From positions 12,777-76,776 of the IMG/VR virus record IMGVR_UViG_3300047550_003584: DNA of 64,000 bases. The stretch is one strand, 5' to 3'. Below, piece after piece: positions 63,770 through 64,000 of this stretch (position 1 is its first letter; each line of letters begins with the position of its first letter). The DNA is from a virus. The notes under the pieces are model-generated. The model ran no database searches and was not told the DNA's origin. It worked only from the letters and a program-made list of their open reading frames with translations. Position numbers and translations under genes: made by a program.

Positions 63770-64000
63770 AAGAGCCGAAGTTTTATTCTCCTACCCAATT
63801 TGATTGTGCTTTGAGACCAGGAATGAAGACTGCTTGTACTGCAACAACCAGGCTTAGTTTGGCAGCAAGGCGTTTAACAAAATTGGGACAAAGAATCATT
63901 GGTTTAAAGCAACAACACTGGCCCCCGTGAATCAAAGATTCGTGTCCAGTTGGATTGGGCTTACATGCAACGCAATGCCAATGAATCAAGACTTTGCTTG

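Noticed and set aside
1-64000. Stop-codon reassignment
   Set aside because: Conserved genes are full length under the standard code and all three stop codons are used

Overview
The window is a fragment of a tailed cyanophage genome, probably infecting freshwater picocyanobacteria. The gene set (family-A DNA polymerase, PrimPol-D5 primase/helicase, ThyX, Dcd, SpeD, Hli, NblA, no T4-like core genes, no RNA polymerase) recalls the S-EIV1-like lineage; that assignment is from memory and untested. Layout: (1) 1-2778, the 5' part of a >926-aa minus-strand ORF missing from the ORF track; (2) about 3.4-28 kb, a + strand early/middle region of many small genes plus replication genes; (3) about 28-46 kb, a mixed region with Dps, a tRNA/ncRNA array, exonuclease, primase-helicase, SpeD, glycosyltransferase and a candidate origin; (4) about 46-64 kb, mostly minus-strand lysis, tail-fibre and virion genes. 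The main unexplained structure is a set of at least 19 intergenic elements in four covarying structural families (A pseudoknot, B bulged stem, C two-state hairpin, D T-loop three-way junction). Each lies between a stop codon and an A/C-rich, SD-less leader, and the families occur in ordered blocks (A+B, DDD, CCCC, BBBB, AAAAAA). Other notable items: a tandem array of structured RNAs next to tRNA-Pro, a 40-aa CP12-like gene, a DUF4278-like gene with an NtcA-type box over its promoter, two divergent NblA-like genes, and an N-terminal LAGK(F/Y) peptide shared by three late proteins. All family names come from motif recognition by eye; no database search was run.
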